Below are positions 9,734-21,524 of a DNA stretch of 64,000 nt, piece after piece. The DNA comes from Azolla caroliniana. Taxonomy: Eukaryota; Plantae; Polypodiophyta. A program made the position numbers and the translations under genes. A model generated the notes under the pieces. The model was not told where the DNA came from. It ran no database searches and saw only the letters and a list, made by a program, of their open reading frames with translations. Every line of letters begins with the position of its first letter. Position 1 is the first letter of the stretch. The DNA lies in contig JBHGNT010000059.1 in the NCBI GenBank assembly GCA_043228905.1, forward strand, positions 97,030 through 161,029, given 5' to 3'.

Positions 9734-10810
9734 TTAAAAGTGGCGAATACAAGCGCGTGGGCGAAGATCACATTGTTGGAGAAGGCGAGAGGTTGCCACG
9801 CTTAGAAGTTGTTCCTCCTCACCGGCCTTGAAACGACGACGTTGTTCCTCATCTTGTCGTCCGGTCATGCGATAACGGCGCTCGTCCTCCTCGCGCTCGC
9901 TACTGTCTCTCTCTCGCTCGGCATCCTCTTCCCATTGACGACGTTCCATTGACACTTGGCTATGGCGGTGACCATCATTGCGTGCCTCTTCTCCGCTAAT
10001 GTATAAGGCCTCGCGGAGGCGGTTGCAACGCTCTTCTACGGGGATTTGTTCCACGTTCCTGCAGCATCTTTCGGAGGGCCTTGCATATCGGCTGATTTCA
10101 TCCCAAGAGGTGCGACGGCTTCGTCCACGTTCTTCCTTCTCATTACGTTCTTGTAGGTGGCGGACCTGCCCATCGACGAAGTTTTGGCACTCTTGCCTCA
10201 ACTCTCGGTCTCGTGGCTCATCGCGATCGCGGCCGCGACGATCCCGTTCCTCTTCGGACTCTCTCTTGTTGTCTCTGCGACGTCCTTCATCGAGGGATCC
10301 TTCACGACGTCGGTCGCGCCTCTCCTGCTCGACATCCTCCTCCCTACGTCGATCGCGCCTCTCGTCGCGTGACTCATCACGATCGCGACCGCGACGATCC
10401 CGTTCCTCTTCGGACTCTCTCTTGTTGTCTCCGTAGCGCCCCTCCTCGATGGACCCCTCGCGACGTCCCCCGCGCCTCTCCTCATCGAAATCCTCCTCCC
10501 TGCGTCGATCGCGCCTCTCCTCACGTGGCTCATCGCGATCGTGACTGCGACGATCCCGGTCCTCATCCGACCCTCTCTTGTTGTCTCTGTAGCGCCTCTC
10601 ATCGATGGATCCCTCACGACGTCCGCTGCGCCTCTCCTCGTCGACATCCTCCTCCCTACGTCGATCGCGTCTCTCCTCGTCAATGTCTCCCTCTCTTCGT
10701 CGATCGCGCCTCTCCTCTTCGCGATCCCGTCCTACAGATCTAGCATTGGCCGCGCCGCAGGCGGCTAGCATGATAACCGCCATGAGGAATATGATAGTGA
10801 GCTTCGCCAT
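9734..10810 (-). CDS. 2S albumin-like storage protein, copy 2
   Basis: 358-aa ORF near-identical to copy 1. Confidence 0.85.
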   Translation of the reverse strand: MAKLTIIFLMAVIMLAACGAANARSVGRDREEERRDRRREGDIDEERRDRRREEDVDEERRSGRREGSIDERRYRDNKRGSDEDRDRRSHDRDEPREERRDRRREEDFDEERRGGRREGSIEEGRYGDNKRESEEERDRRGRDRDESRDERRDRRREEDVEQERRDRRREGSLDEGRRRDNKRESEEERDRRGRDRDEPRDRELRQECQNFVDGQVRHLQERNEKEERGRSRRTSWDEISRYARPSERCCRNVEQIPVEERCNRLREALYISGEEARNDGHRHSQVSMERRQWEEDAERERDSSEREEDERRYRMTGRQDEEQRRRFKAGEEEQLLSVATSRLLQQCDLRPRACIRHF

Positions 10811-11933
10811 TGCTTGTGTTCGGAACTACCCCGGTTCTCTCTCCGCCTATTTGAGTGTGTCATGGTTGATCCACCCTTATATACACAAGGCCATGCATGT
10901 CTAGTACATGCATGTCCCTTCCCACGTCCATTCCTATAGACGTTAATGGCATGATCCATACTTGGGCCACGGAAGAGACCATTCACTTTTCACCACCCCC
11001 CTTTACGTGTCCAGGATCCTCCTGCTTCGACCTACCATATCACTAGCCCTATACTCACCTCCATCACACCAGGAGTGGGATTATGCACTTGGGCATTTCA
11101 AATCTACTAACCTATGGACGCTTCGTCCATATTGCAACGTAGACAGTATGTAACCTCATGATAGCCACCTACACATGTGATGCCATTGAGGTTGTAGAGT
11201 GCGTATGGGCCTCGTAAAACGAGGATAAGGTGGTGAGAAAAGGTTTTTAGGGTGTTGGTTCTCTCCACGAAAACGTGCTCGGTGGTTGTGGCCACGAGGG
11301 AGTTTAGAATCCATTGCGACCAACATACGGACGACGACACGCGTTTTCATTGTGATTACAAGATCCCTCGTCGTTGTGGACGCTGCAACCACCGGAGGAA
11401 TATGAAGGTGGCACCATTCAAGGACAACATTTCTAGGTGAAACATGCGTGGGTTGGTTGATTCACACGATGATGAAAATGGTAGATAGACATGGGAATGT
11501 CATGTGGAATCATGTTTGTAGTAGGAGTTACGATCAGCCACTACTATTGCGCACATCATGGTACGGCGAGACACGGCATTGTATGAGGGTGGCTTCAATA
11601 CAACATTGTGATGGCATCGACGTTTGACGAGTTTCGCGTTGCTCGTGAGAGAGATAGCGATAGATGGATAGCGATAGATATAGGTAGGGTGGGAGTGGGT
11701 AGTGAGCGTGTGGGCACGTTACCTAATCATGTGTGCGTGGAGTTTCATTTTGCTTGTGCAATGAGCGAGCGAGGGCACGCGACCTGATCGTGCGTGCGTG
11801 CGTGCGTGTTGTGCGCGAGCGTGGGAGAAATATGATTGAGAGGGTTATGAGAACGTCAAGACACCACACAGAGCACACCATTTACATTTACGATGTTCAG
11901 AAAGTGTATAGTTGAAAAAGTTATGTACGTTCT

Positions 11934-13010
11934 TTAAAAGTGGCGAATACAAGCGCGTGGGCGAAGATCACATTGTTGGAGAAGGCGAGAGGTTGCCACG
12001 CTTAGAAGTTGTTCCTCCTCACCGGCCTTGAAACGACGACGTTGTTCCTCATCTTGTCGTCCGGTCATGCGATAACGGCACTCGTCCTCCTCGCGCTCGC
12101 TACTGTCTCTCTCTCGCTCGGCATCCTCTTCCCATTGACGACGTTCCCTTGACACTTGGCTATGGCGGTGACCATCATTGCGTGCCTCTTCTCCGCTAAT
12201 GTATAAGGCCTCGCGGAGGCGGTTGCAACGCTCTTCTACGGGGATTTGTTCCACGTTCCTGCAGCATCTTTCGGAGGGCCTTGCATATCGGCTGATTTCA
12301 TCCCAAGAGGTGCGACGGCTTCGTCCACGTTCTTCCTTCTCATTACGTTCTTGTAGGTGGCGGACCTGCCCATCGACGAAGTTTTGGCACTCTTGCCTCA
12401 ACTCTCGGTCTCGTGGCTCATCGCGATCGCGGCCGCGACGATCCCGTTCCTCTTCGGACTCTCTCTTGTTGTCTCTGCGACGTCCTTCATCGAGGGATCC
12501 TTCACGACGTCGATCGCGCCTCTCCTGCTCGACATCCTCCTCCCTACGTCGATCGCGCCTCTCGTCGCGTGACTCATCACGATCGCGACCGCGACGATCC
12601 CGTTCCTCTTCGGACTCTCTCTTGTTGTCTCCGTAGCGCCCCTCCTCGATGGACCCCTCGCGACGTCCCCCGCGCCTCTCCTCATCGAAATCCTCCTCCC
12701 TGCGTCGATCGCGCCTCTCCTCACGTGGCTCATCGCGATCGTGACTGCGACGATCCCAGTCCTCATCCGACCCTCTCTTGTTGTCTCTGTAGCGCCTCTC
12801 ATCGATGGATCCCTCACGACGTCCGCTGCGCCTCTCCTCGTCGACATCCTCCTCCCTACGTCGATCGCGTCTCTCCTCGTCAATGTCTCCCTCTCTTCGT
12901 CGATCGCGCCTCTCCTCTTCGCGATCCCGTCCTACAGATCTAGCATTGGCCGCGCCGCAGGCGGCTAGCATGATAACCGCCATGAGGAATATGATAGTGA
13001 GCTTCGCCAT
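11934..13010 (-). CDS. 2S albumin-like storage protein, copy 3
   Basis: 358-aa intact ORF (R>W and R>C substitutions). Confidence 0.85.
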   Translation of the reverse strand: MAKLTIIFLMAVIMLAACGAANARSVGRDREEERRDRRREGDIDEERRDRRREEDVDEERRSGRREGSIDERRYRDNKRGSDEDWDRRSHDRDEPREERRDRRREEDFDEERRGGRREGSIEEGRYGDNKRESEEERDRRGRDRDESRDERRDRRREEDVEQERRDRRREGSLDEGRRRDNKRESEEERDRRGRDRDEPRDRELRQECQNFVDGQVRHLQERNEKEERGRSRRTSWDEISRYARPSERCCRNVEQIPVEERCNRLREALYISGEEARNDGHRHSQVSRERRQWEEDAERERDSSEREEDECRYRMTGRQDEEQRRRFKAGEEEQLLSVATSRLLQQCDLRPRACIRHF

Positions 13011-14133
13011 TGCTTGTGTTCGGAACTACCCCGGTTCTCTCTCCGCCTATTTGAGTGTGTCATGGTTGATCCACCCTTATATACACAAGGCCATGCATGT
13101 CTAGTACATGCATGTCCCTTCCCTTGTCCATTCCTATAGACGTTAATGGCATGATCCATACTTGGGCCACGGAAGAGACCATTCACTTTTCACCACCCCC
13201 CTTTACGTGTCCAGGATCCTCCTGCTTCGACCTACCATATCACTAGCCCTATACTCACCTCCATCACACCAGGAGTGGGATTATGCACTTGGGCATTTCA
13301 AATCTACTAACCTATGGACGCTTCGTCCATATTGCAACGTAGACAGTATGTAACCTCATGATAGCCACCTACACATGTGATGCCATTGAGGTTGTAGAGT
13401 GCGTATGGGCCTCGTAAAACGAGGATAAGGTGGTGAGAAAAGGTTTTTAGGGTGTTGGTTCTCTCCACGAAAACGTGCTCGGTGGTTGTGGCCACGAGGG
13501 AGTTTAGAATCCATTGCGACCAACATACGGACGACGACACGCGTTTTCATTGTGATTACAAGATCCGTCGTCGTTGTGGACGCTGCAACCATCGGAGGAA
13601 TATGAAGGTGGCACCATTCAAGGACAACATTTCTAGGTGAAACATGCGTGGGTTGGTTGGTTCACACGATGATGAAAATGGTAGATAGACATGGGAATGT
13701 CATGTGGAATCATGTTTGTAGTAGGAGTTACGATCAGCCACTACTATTGCGCACATCATGGTACGGCGAGACACGGCATTGTATGAGGGTGGCTTCAATA
13801 CAACATTGTGATGGCATCGACGTTTGACGAGTTTCGCGTTGCTCGTGAGAGAGATAGCGATAGATGGATAGCGATAGATATAGGTAGGGTGGGAGTGGGT
13901 AGTGAGCGTGTGGGCACGTTACCTAATCATGTGTGCGTGGAGTTTCATTTTGCTTGTGCAATGAGCGAGCGAGGGCACGCGACCTGATCGTGCGTGCGTG
14001 CGTGCGTGTTGTGCGCGAGCGTGGGAGAAATATGATTGAGAGGGTTATGAGAACGTCAAGACACCACACAGAGCACACCATTTACATTTACGATGTTCAG
14101 AAAGTGTATAGTTGAAAAAGTTATGTACGTTCT

Positions 14134-15210
14134 TTAAAAGTGGCGAATACAAGCGCGTGGGCGAAGATCACATTGTTGGAGAAGGCGAGAGGTTGCCACG
14201 CTTAGAAGTTGTTCCTCCTCACCGGCCTTGAAACGACGACGTTGTTCCTCATCTTGTCGTCCGGTCATGCGATAACGGCGCTCGTCCTCCTCGCGCTCGC
14301 TACTGTCTCTCTCTCGCTCGGCATCCTCTTCCCATTGACGACGTTCCCTTGACACTTGGCTATGGCGGTGACCATCATTGCGTGCCTCTTCTCCGCTAAT
14401 GTATAAGGCCTCGCGGAGGCGGTTGCAACGCTCTTCTACGGGGATTTGTTCCACGTTCCTGCAGCATCTTTCGGAGGGCCTTGCATATCGGCTGATTTCA
14501 TCCCAAGAGGTGCGACGGCTTCGTCCACGTTCTTCCTTCTCATTACGTTCTTGTAGGTGGCGGACCTGCCCATCGACGAAGTTTTGGCACTCTTGCCTCA
14601 ACTCTCGGTCTCGTGGCTCATCGCGATCGCGGCCGCGACGATCCCGTTCCTCTTCGGACTCTCTCTTGTTGTCTCTGCGACGTCCTTCATCGAGGGATCC
14701 TTCACGACGTCGGTCGCGCCTCTCCTGCTCGACATCCTCCTCCCTACGTCGATCGCGCCTCTCGTCGCGTGACTCATCACGATCGCGACCGCGACGATCC
14801 CGTTCCTCTTCGGACTCTCTCTTGTTGTCTCCGTCGCGCCCCTCCTCGATGGACCCCTCGCGACGTCCCCCGCGCCTCTCCTCATCGAAATCCTCCTCCC
14901 TGCGTCGATCGCGCCTCTCCTCACGTGGCTCATCGCGATCGTGACTGCGACGATCCCGGTCCTCATCCGACCCTCTCTTGTTGTCTCTGTAGCGCCTCTC
15001 ATCGATGGATCCCTCACGACGTCCGCTGCGCCTCTCCTCGTCGACATCCTCCTCCCTACGTCGATCGCGTCTCTCCTCGTCAATGTCTCCCTCTCTTCGT
15101 CGATCGCGCCTCTCCTCTTCGCGATCCCGTCCTACAGATCTAGCATTGGCCGCGCCGCAGGCGGCTAGCATGATAACCGCCATGAGGAATATGATAGTGA
15201 GCTTCGCCAT
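14134..15210 (-). CDS. 2S albumin-like storage protein, copy 4
   Basis: 358-aa intact ORF. Confidence 0.85.
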   Translation of the reverse strand: MAKLTIIFLMAVIMLAACGAANARSVGRDREEERRDRRREGDIDEERRDRRREEDVDEERRSGRREGSIDERRYRDNKRGSDEDRDRRSHDRDEPREERRDRRREEDFDEERRGGRREGSIEEGRDGDNKRESEEERDRRGRDRDESRDERRDRRREEDVEQERRDRRREGSLDEGRRRDNKRESEEERDRRGRDRDEPRDRELRQECQNFVDGQVRHLQERNEKEERGRSRRTSWDEISRYARPSERCCRNVEQIPVEERCNRLREALYISGEEARNDGHRHSQVSRERRQWEEDAERERDSSEREEDERRYRMTGRQDEEQRRRFKAGEEEQLLSVATSRLLQQCDLRPRACIRHF

Positions 15211-16319
15211 TGCTTGTGTTCGGAACTACCCCGGTTCTCTCTCCGCCTATTTGAGCGTGTCATGGTTGATCCACCCTTATATACACAAGGCCATGCATGT
15301 CTAGTACATGCATGTCCCTTCCCTTGTCCATTCCTATAGACGTTAATGGCATGATCCATACTTGGGCCACGGAAGAGACCATTCACTTTTCACCACCCCC
15401 CTTTACGTGTCCAGGATCCTCCTGCTTCGACCTACCATATCACTAGCCCTATACTCACCTCCATCACACCAGGAGTGGGATTATGCACTTGGGCATTTCA
15501 AATCTACTAACCTATGGACGCTTCGTCCATATTGCAACGTAGACAGTATGTAACCTCATGATAGCCACCTACACATGTGATGCCATTGAGGTTGTAGAGT
15601 GCGTATGGGCCTCGTAAAACGAGGATAAGGTGGTGAGAAAAGGTTTTTAGGGTGTTGGTTCTCTCCACGAAAACGTGCTCGGTGGTTGTGGCCACGAGGG
15701 AGTTTAGAATCCATTGCGACCAACATACGGACGACGACACGCGTTTTCATTGTGATTACAAGATCCCTCGTCGTTGTGGACGCTGCAACCACCGGAGGAA
15801 TATGAAGGTGGCACCATTCAAGGACAACATTTCTAGGTGAAACATGCGTGGGTTGGTTGGTTCACACGATGATGAAAATGGTAGATAGACATGGGAATGT
15901 CATGTGGAATCATGTTTGTAGTAGGAGTTACGATCAGCCACTACTATTGCGCACATCATGGTACGGCGAGACACGGCATTGTATGAGGGTGGCTTCAATA
16001 CAACATTGTGATGGCATCGACGTTTGACGAGTTTCGCGTTGCTCGTGAGAGAGATAGCGATAGATATAGGTAGGGTGGGAGTGGGTAGTGTGCGTGTGGG
16101 CACGTTACCTAATCATGTGTGCGTGGAGTTTCATTTTGCTTGTGCAATGAGCGAGCGAGGGCACGCGACCTGATCGTGCGTGCGTGCGTGCGTGTTGTGC
16201 GCGAGCGTGGGAGAAATATGATTGAGAGGGTTATGAGAACGTCAAGACACCACACAGAGCACACCATTTACATTTACGATGTTCAGAAAGTGTATAGTTG
16301 AAAAAGTTATGTACGTTCT

Positions 16320-17396
16320 TTAAAAGTGGCGAATACAAGCGCGTGGGCGAAGATCACATTGTTGGAGAAGGCGAGAGGTTGCCACGCTTAGAAGTTGTTC
16401 CTCCTCACCGGCCTTGAAACGACGACGTTGTTCCTCATCTTGTCGTCCGGTCATGCGATAACGGCGCTCGTCCTCCTCGCGCTCGCTACTGTCTCTCTCT
16501 CGCTCGGCATCCTCTTCCCATTGACGACGTTCCCTTGACACTTGGCTATGGCGGTGACCATCATTGCGTGCCTCTTCTCCGCTAATGTATAAGGCCTCGC
16601 GGAGGCGGTTGCAACGCTCTTCTACGGGGATTTGTTCCACGTTCCTGCAGCATCTTTCGGAGGGCCTTGCATATCGGCTGATTTCATCCCAAGAGGTGCG
16701 ACGGCTTCGTCCACGTTCTTCCTTCTCATTACGTTCTTGTAGGTGGCGGACCTGCCCATCGACGAAGTTTTGGCACTCTTGCCTCAACTCTCGGTCTCGT
16801 GGCTCATCGCGATCGCGGCCGCGACGATCCCGTTCCTCTTCGGACTCTCTCTTGTTGTCTCTGCGACGTCCTTCATCGAGGGATCCTTCACGACGTCGGT
16901 CGCGCCTCTCCTGCTCGACATCCTCCTCCCTACGTCGATCGCGCCTCTCGTCGCGTGACTCATCACGATCGCGACCGCGACGATCCCGTTCCTCTTCGGA
17001 CTCTCTCTTGTTGTCTCCGTAGCGCCCCTCCTCGATGGACCCCTCGCGACGTCCCCCGCGCCTCTCCTCATCGAAATCCTCCTCCCTGCGTCGATCGCGC
17101 CTCTCCTCACGTGGCTCATCGCGATCGTGACTGCGACGATCCCGGTCCTCATCCGACCCTCTCTTGTTGTCTCTGTAGCGCCTCTCATCGATGGATCCCT
17201 CACGACGTCCGCTGCGCCTCTCCTCGTCGACATCCTCCTCCCTACGTCGATCGCGTCTCTCCTCGTCAATGTCTCCCTCTCTTCGTCGATCGCGCCTCTC
17301 CTCTTCGCGATCCCGTCCTACAGATCTAGCATTGGCCGCGCCGCAGGCGGCTAGCATGATAACCGCCATGAGGAATATGATAGTGAGCTTCGCCAT
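16320..17396 (-). CDS. 2S albumin-like storage protein, copy 5
   Basis: 358-aa intact ORF. Confidence 0.85.
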   Translation of the reverse strand: MAKLTIIFLMAVIMLAACGAANARSVGRDREEERRDRRREGDIDEERRDRRREEDVDEERRSGRREGSIDERRYRDNKRGSDEDRDRRSHDRDEPREERRDRRREEDFDEERRGGRREGSIEEGRYGDNKRESEEERDRRGRDRDESRDERRDRRREEDVEQERRDRRREGSLDEGRRRDNKRESEEERDRRGRDRDEPRDRELRQECQNFVDGQVRHLQERNEKEERGRSRRTSWDEISRYARPSERCCRNVEQIPVEERCNRLREALYISGEEARNDGHRHSQVSRERRQWEEDAERERDSSEREEDERRYRMTGRQDEEQRRRFKAGEEEQLLSVATSRLLQQCDLRPRACIRHF

Positions 17397-18505
17397 TGCT
17401 TGTGTTCGGAACTACCCCGGTTCTCTCTCCGCCTATTTGAGGGTGTCATGGTTGATCCACCCTTATATACACAAGGCCATGCATGTCTAGTACATGCATG
17501 TCCCTTCCCACGTCCATTCCTATAGACGTTAATGGCATGATCCATACTTGGGCCACGGAAGAGACCATTCACTTTTCACCACCCCCCTTTACGTGTCCAG
17601 GATCCTCCTGCTTCGACCTACCATATCACTAGCCCTATACTCACCTCCATCACACCAGGAGTGGGATTATGCACTTGGGCATTTCAAATCTACTAACCTA
17701 TGGACGCTTCGTCCATATTGCAACGTAGACAGTATGTAACCTCATGATAGCCACCTACACATGTGATGCCATTGAGGTTGTAGAGTGCGTATGGGCCTCG
17801 TAAAACGAGGATAAGGTGGTGAGAAAAGGTTTTTAGGGTGTTGGTTCTCTCCACGAAAACGTGCTCGGTGGTTGTGGCCACGAGGGAGTTTAGAATCCAT
17901 TGCGACCAACATACGGACGACGACACGCGTTTTCATTGTGATTACAAGATCCGTCGTCGTTGTGGACGCTGCAACCACCGGAGGAATATGAAGGTGGCAC
18001 CATTCAAGGACAACATTTCTAGGTGAAACATGCGTGGGTTGGTTGGTTCACACGATGATGAAAATGGTAGATAGACATGGGAATGTCATGTGGAATCATG
18101 TTTGTAGTAGGAGTTACGATCAGCCACTACTATTGCGCACATCATGGTACGGCGAGACACGGCATTGTATGAGGGTGGCTTCAATACAACATTGTGATGG
18201 CATCGACGTTTGACGAGTTTCGCGTTGCTCGTGAGAGAGATAGCGATAGATATAGGTAGGGTGGGAGTGGGTAGTGTGCGTGTGGGCACGTTACCTAATC
18301 ATGTGTGCGTGGAGTTTCATTTTGCTTGTGCAATGAGCGAGCGAGGGCACGCGACCTGATCGTGCGTGCGTGCGTGCGTGTTGTGCGCGAGCGTGGGAGA
18401 AATATGATTGAGAGGGTTATGAGAACGTCAAGACACCACACAGAGCACACCATTTACATTTACGATGTTCAGAAAGTGTATAGTTGAAAAAGTTATGTAC
18501 GTTCT

Positions 18506-19582
18506 TTAAAAGTGGCGAATACAAGCGCGTGGGCGAAGATCACATTGTTGGAGAAGGCGAGAGGTTGCCACGCTTAGAAGTTGTTCCTCCTCACCGGCCT
18601 TGAAACGACGACGTTGTTCCTCATCTTGTCGTCCGGTCATGCGATAACGGCGCTCGTCCTCCTCGCGCTCGCTACTGTCTCTCTCTCGCTCGGCATCCTC
18701 TTCCCATTGACGACGTTCCCTTGACACTTGGCTATGGCGGTGACCATCATTGCGTGCCTCTTCTCCGCTAATGTATAAGGCCTCGCGGAGGCGGTTGCAA
18801 CGCTCTTCTACGGGGATTTGTTCCACGTTCCTGCAGCATCTTTCGGAGGGCCTTGCATATCGGCTGATTTCATCCCAAGAGGTGCGACGGCTTCGTCCAC
18901 GTTCTTCCTTCTCATTACGTTCTTGTAGGTGGCGGACCTGCCCATCGACGAAGTTTTGGCACTCTTGCCTCAACTCTCGGTCTCGTGGCTCATCGCGATC
19001 GCGGCCGCGACGATCCCGTTCCTCTTCGGACTCTCTCTTGTTGTCTCTGCGACGTCCTTCATCGAGGGATCCTTCACGACGTCGGTCGCGCCTCTCCTGC
19101 TCGACATCCTCCTCCCTACGTCGATCGCGCCTCTCGTCGCGTGACTCATCACGATCGCGACCGCGACGATCCCGTTCCTCTTCGGACTCTCTCTTGTTGT
19201 CTCCGTAGCGCCCCTCCTCGATGGACCCCTCGCGACGTCCCCCGCGCCTCTCCTCATCGAAATCCTCCTCCCTGCGTCGATCGCGCCTCTCCTCACGTGG
19301 CTCATCGCGATCGTGACTGCGACGATCCCGGTCCTCATCCGACCCTCTCTTGTTGTCTCTGTAGCGCCTCTCATCGATGGATCCCTCACGACGTCCGCTG
19401 CGCCTCTCCTCGTCGACATCCTCCTCCCTACGTCGATCGCGTCTCTCCTCGTCAATGTCTCCCTCTCTTCGTCGATCGCGCCTCTCCTCTTCGCGATCCC
19501 GTCCTACAGATCTAGCATTGGCCGCGCCGCAGGCGGCTAGCATGATAACCGCCATGAGGAATATGATAGTGAGCTTCGCCAT
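18506..19582 (-). CDS. 2S albumin-like storage protein, copy 6
   Basis: 358-aa intact ORF. Confidence 0.85.
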   Translation of the reverse strand: MAKLTIIFLMAVIMLAACGAANARSVGRDREEERRDRRREGDIDEERRDRRREEDVDEERRSGRREGSIDERRYRDNKRGSDEDRDRRSHDRDEPREERRDRRREEDFDEERRGGRREGSIEEGRYGDNKRESEEERDRRGRDRDESRDERRDRRREEDVEQERRDRRREGSLDEGRRRDNKRESEEERDRRGRDRDEPRDRELRQECQNFVDGQVRHLQERNEKEERGRSRRTSWDEISRYARPSERCCRNVEQIPVEERCNRLREALYISGEEARNDGHRHSQVSRERRQWEEDAERERDSSEREEDERRYRMTGRQDEEQRRRFKAGEEEQLLSVATSRLLQQCDLRPRACIRHF

Positions 19583-20713
19583 TGCTTGTGTTCGGAACTA
19601 CCCCGGTTCTCTCTCCGCCTATTTGAGTGTGTCATGGTTGATCCACCCTTATATACACAAGGCCATGCATGTCTAGTACATGCATGTCCCTTCCCACGTC
19701 CATTCCTATAGACGTTAATGGCATGATCCATACTTGGGCCACGGAAGAGACCATTCACTTTTCACCACCCCCCTTTACGTGTCCAGGATCCTCCTGCTTC
19801 GACCTACCATATCACTAGCCCTATACTCACCTCCATCACACCAGGAGTGGGATTATGCACTTGGGCATTTCAAATCTACTAACCTATGGACGCTTCGTCC
19901 ATATTGCAACGTAGACAGTATGTAACCTCATGATAGCCACCTACACATGTGATGCCATTGAGGTTGTAGAGTGCGTATGGGCCTCGTAAAACGAGGATAA
20001 GGTGGTGAGAAAAGGTTTTTAGGGTGTTGGTTCTCTCCACGAAAACGTGCTCGGTGGTTGTGGCCACGAGGGAGTTTAGAATCCATTGCGACCAACATAC
20101 GGACGACGACACGCGTTTTCATTGTGATTACAAGATCCGTCGTCGTTGTGGACGCTGCAACCACCGGAGGAATATGAAGGTGGCACCATTCAAGGACAAC
20201 ATTTCTAGGTGAAACATGCGTGGGTTGGTTGGTTCACACGATGATGACAATGGTAGATAGACATGGGAATGTCATGTGGAATCATGTTTGTAGTAGGAGT
20301 TACGATCAGCCACTACTATTGCGCACATCATGGTACAGCGAGACACGGCATTGTATGAGGGTGGCTTCAATACAACATTGTGATGGCATCGACGTTTGAC
20401 GAGTTTCGCGTTGCTCGTGAGAGAGATAGCGATAGATATAGGTAGGGTGGGAGTGGGTAGTGTGCGTGTGGGCACGTTACCTAATCATGTGTGCGTGGAG
20501 TTTCATTTTGCTTGTGCAATGAGCGAGCGAGGGCACGCGACCTGATCGTGCGAGCGTGCGTGCGTGTTGTGCGCGAGCGTGGGAGAAATATGATTGAGAG
20601 GGTTATGAGAACGTTGTCGTAGTGTATTTTGTACACTACGTGAAAAACGTATATAGTATTAGATTCAATAAAAAATGAAGAAATAGAAGAAAATAGCAAA
20701 ATAAATGGAACAT

Positions 20714-20784
20714 GCATAGGGCAAGATTCGAACCTTGCACCTCCATGTTAATAATGTAATGTCTTACCATTACACTAGCATTTC
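20714..20784 (-). other. tRNA-like module (Pol III A-box/B-box) inside LTR; also at ~23647-23717, 26571-26641, 27304-27374
   Basis: Minus strand reads ...TAGTGTAATGGTAAGACAT...GCAAGGTTCGAATCTTGC: A-box with D-arm, T-arm with GTTCGAAT; acceptor stem does not pair. Confidence 0.6.
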
Positions 20785-21524
20785 ATTAGTGTTAAAGTAT
20801 AGATGTCCCACATAGAAAGGTAAATTCACGCTAGGATAAACATTAGAAAAACGCATAACAAAAGAAAAAGCTACACATACACATCTAGCGTGCATGATAA
20901 AAAACGCACAAGTTAGAAAAAGCATGATCACTTTAGATAAAGCATATAGTCTATCTATAGGAAAAGCATGAGCACTATATTTAGCAAATAAAAGCAAGGA
21001 TTAGAAAAGCATCACATGCACATTTAGTGTGCATGAACATATTAGAAAAAAAGCATGTAGCTATGCTTAGTCTCTCCCATCACTACATAAGGATGGGGAG
21101 CACAATGTAATAGGTGTGTGAAAAATATTTGGGAAATTGGATATATTTCCTAAAACACCAATTAATATAATCGTGGGATTCACGAAGTTTTATATAATCT
21201 ATCTCTTTCAATCTAAATTCATATTCTTACATAATTATTGATTAATGTAATACTTGTGGGATTCACAAGGTTTGATCTCTTTTCTATTTCTACTCTAAAC
21301 TATTCTAAACTATATCAATTTATTACTATGATTAGTACAAACTAAAACAACTCTACTTGTGGGATTCACAAGCTTCTAATAATCTATACATAATTAAAAT
21401 CACCTCAAATTCTTCCTCTTCCTAGTCCAAAACCCCAGCGGTTCCCACCCAACTCACGCAACGATCCGGAGCCGAAAGGCACGACACAGTTGGTGAACCC
21501 GACGTGAAGACGGGTGGCAAGGAG

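Noticed and set aside
20714-20784. Functional tRNA gene
   Set aside because: Acceptor stem does not pair and the anticodon loop is non-canonical; reported only as tRNA-like
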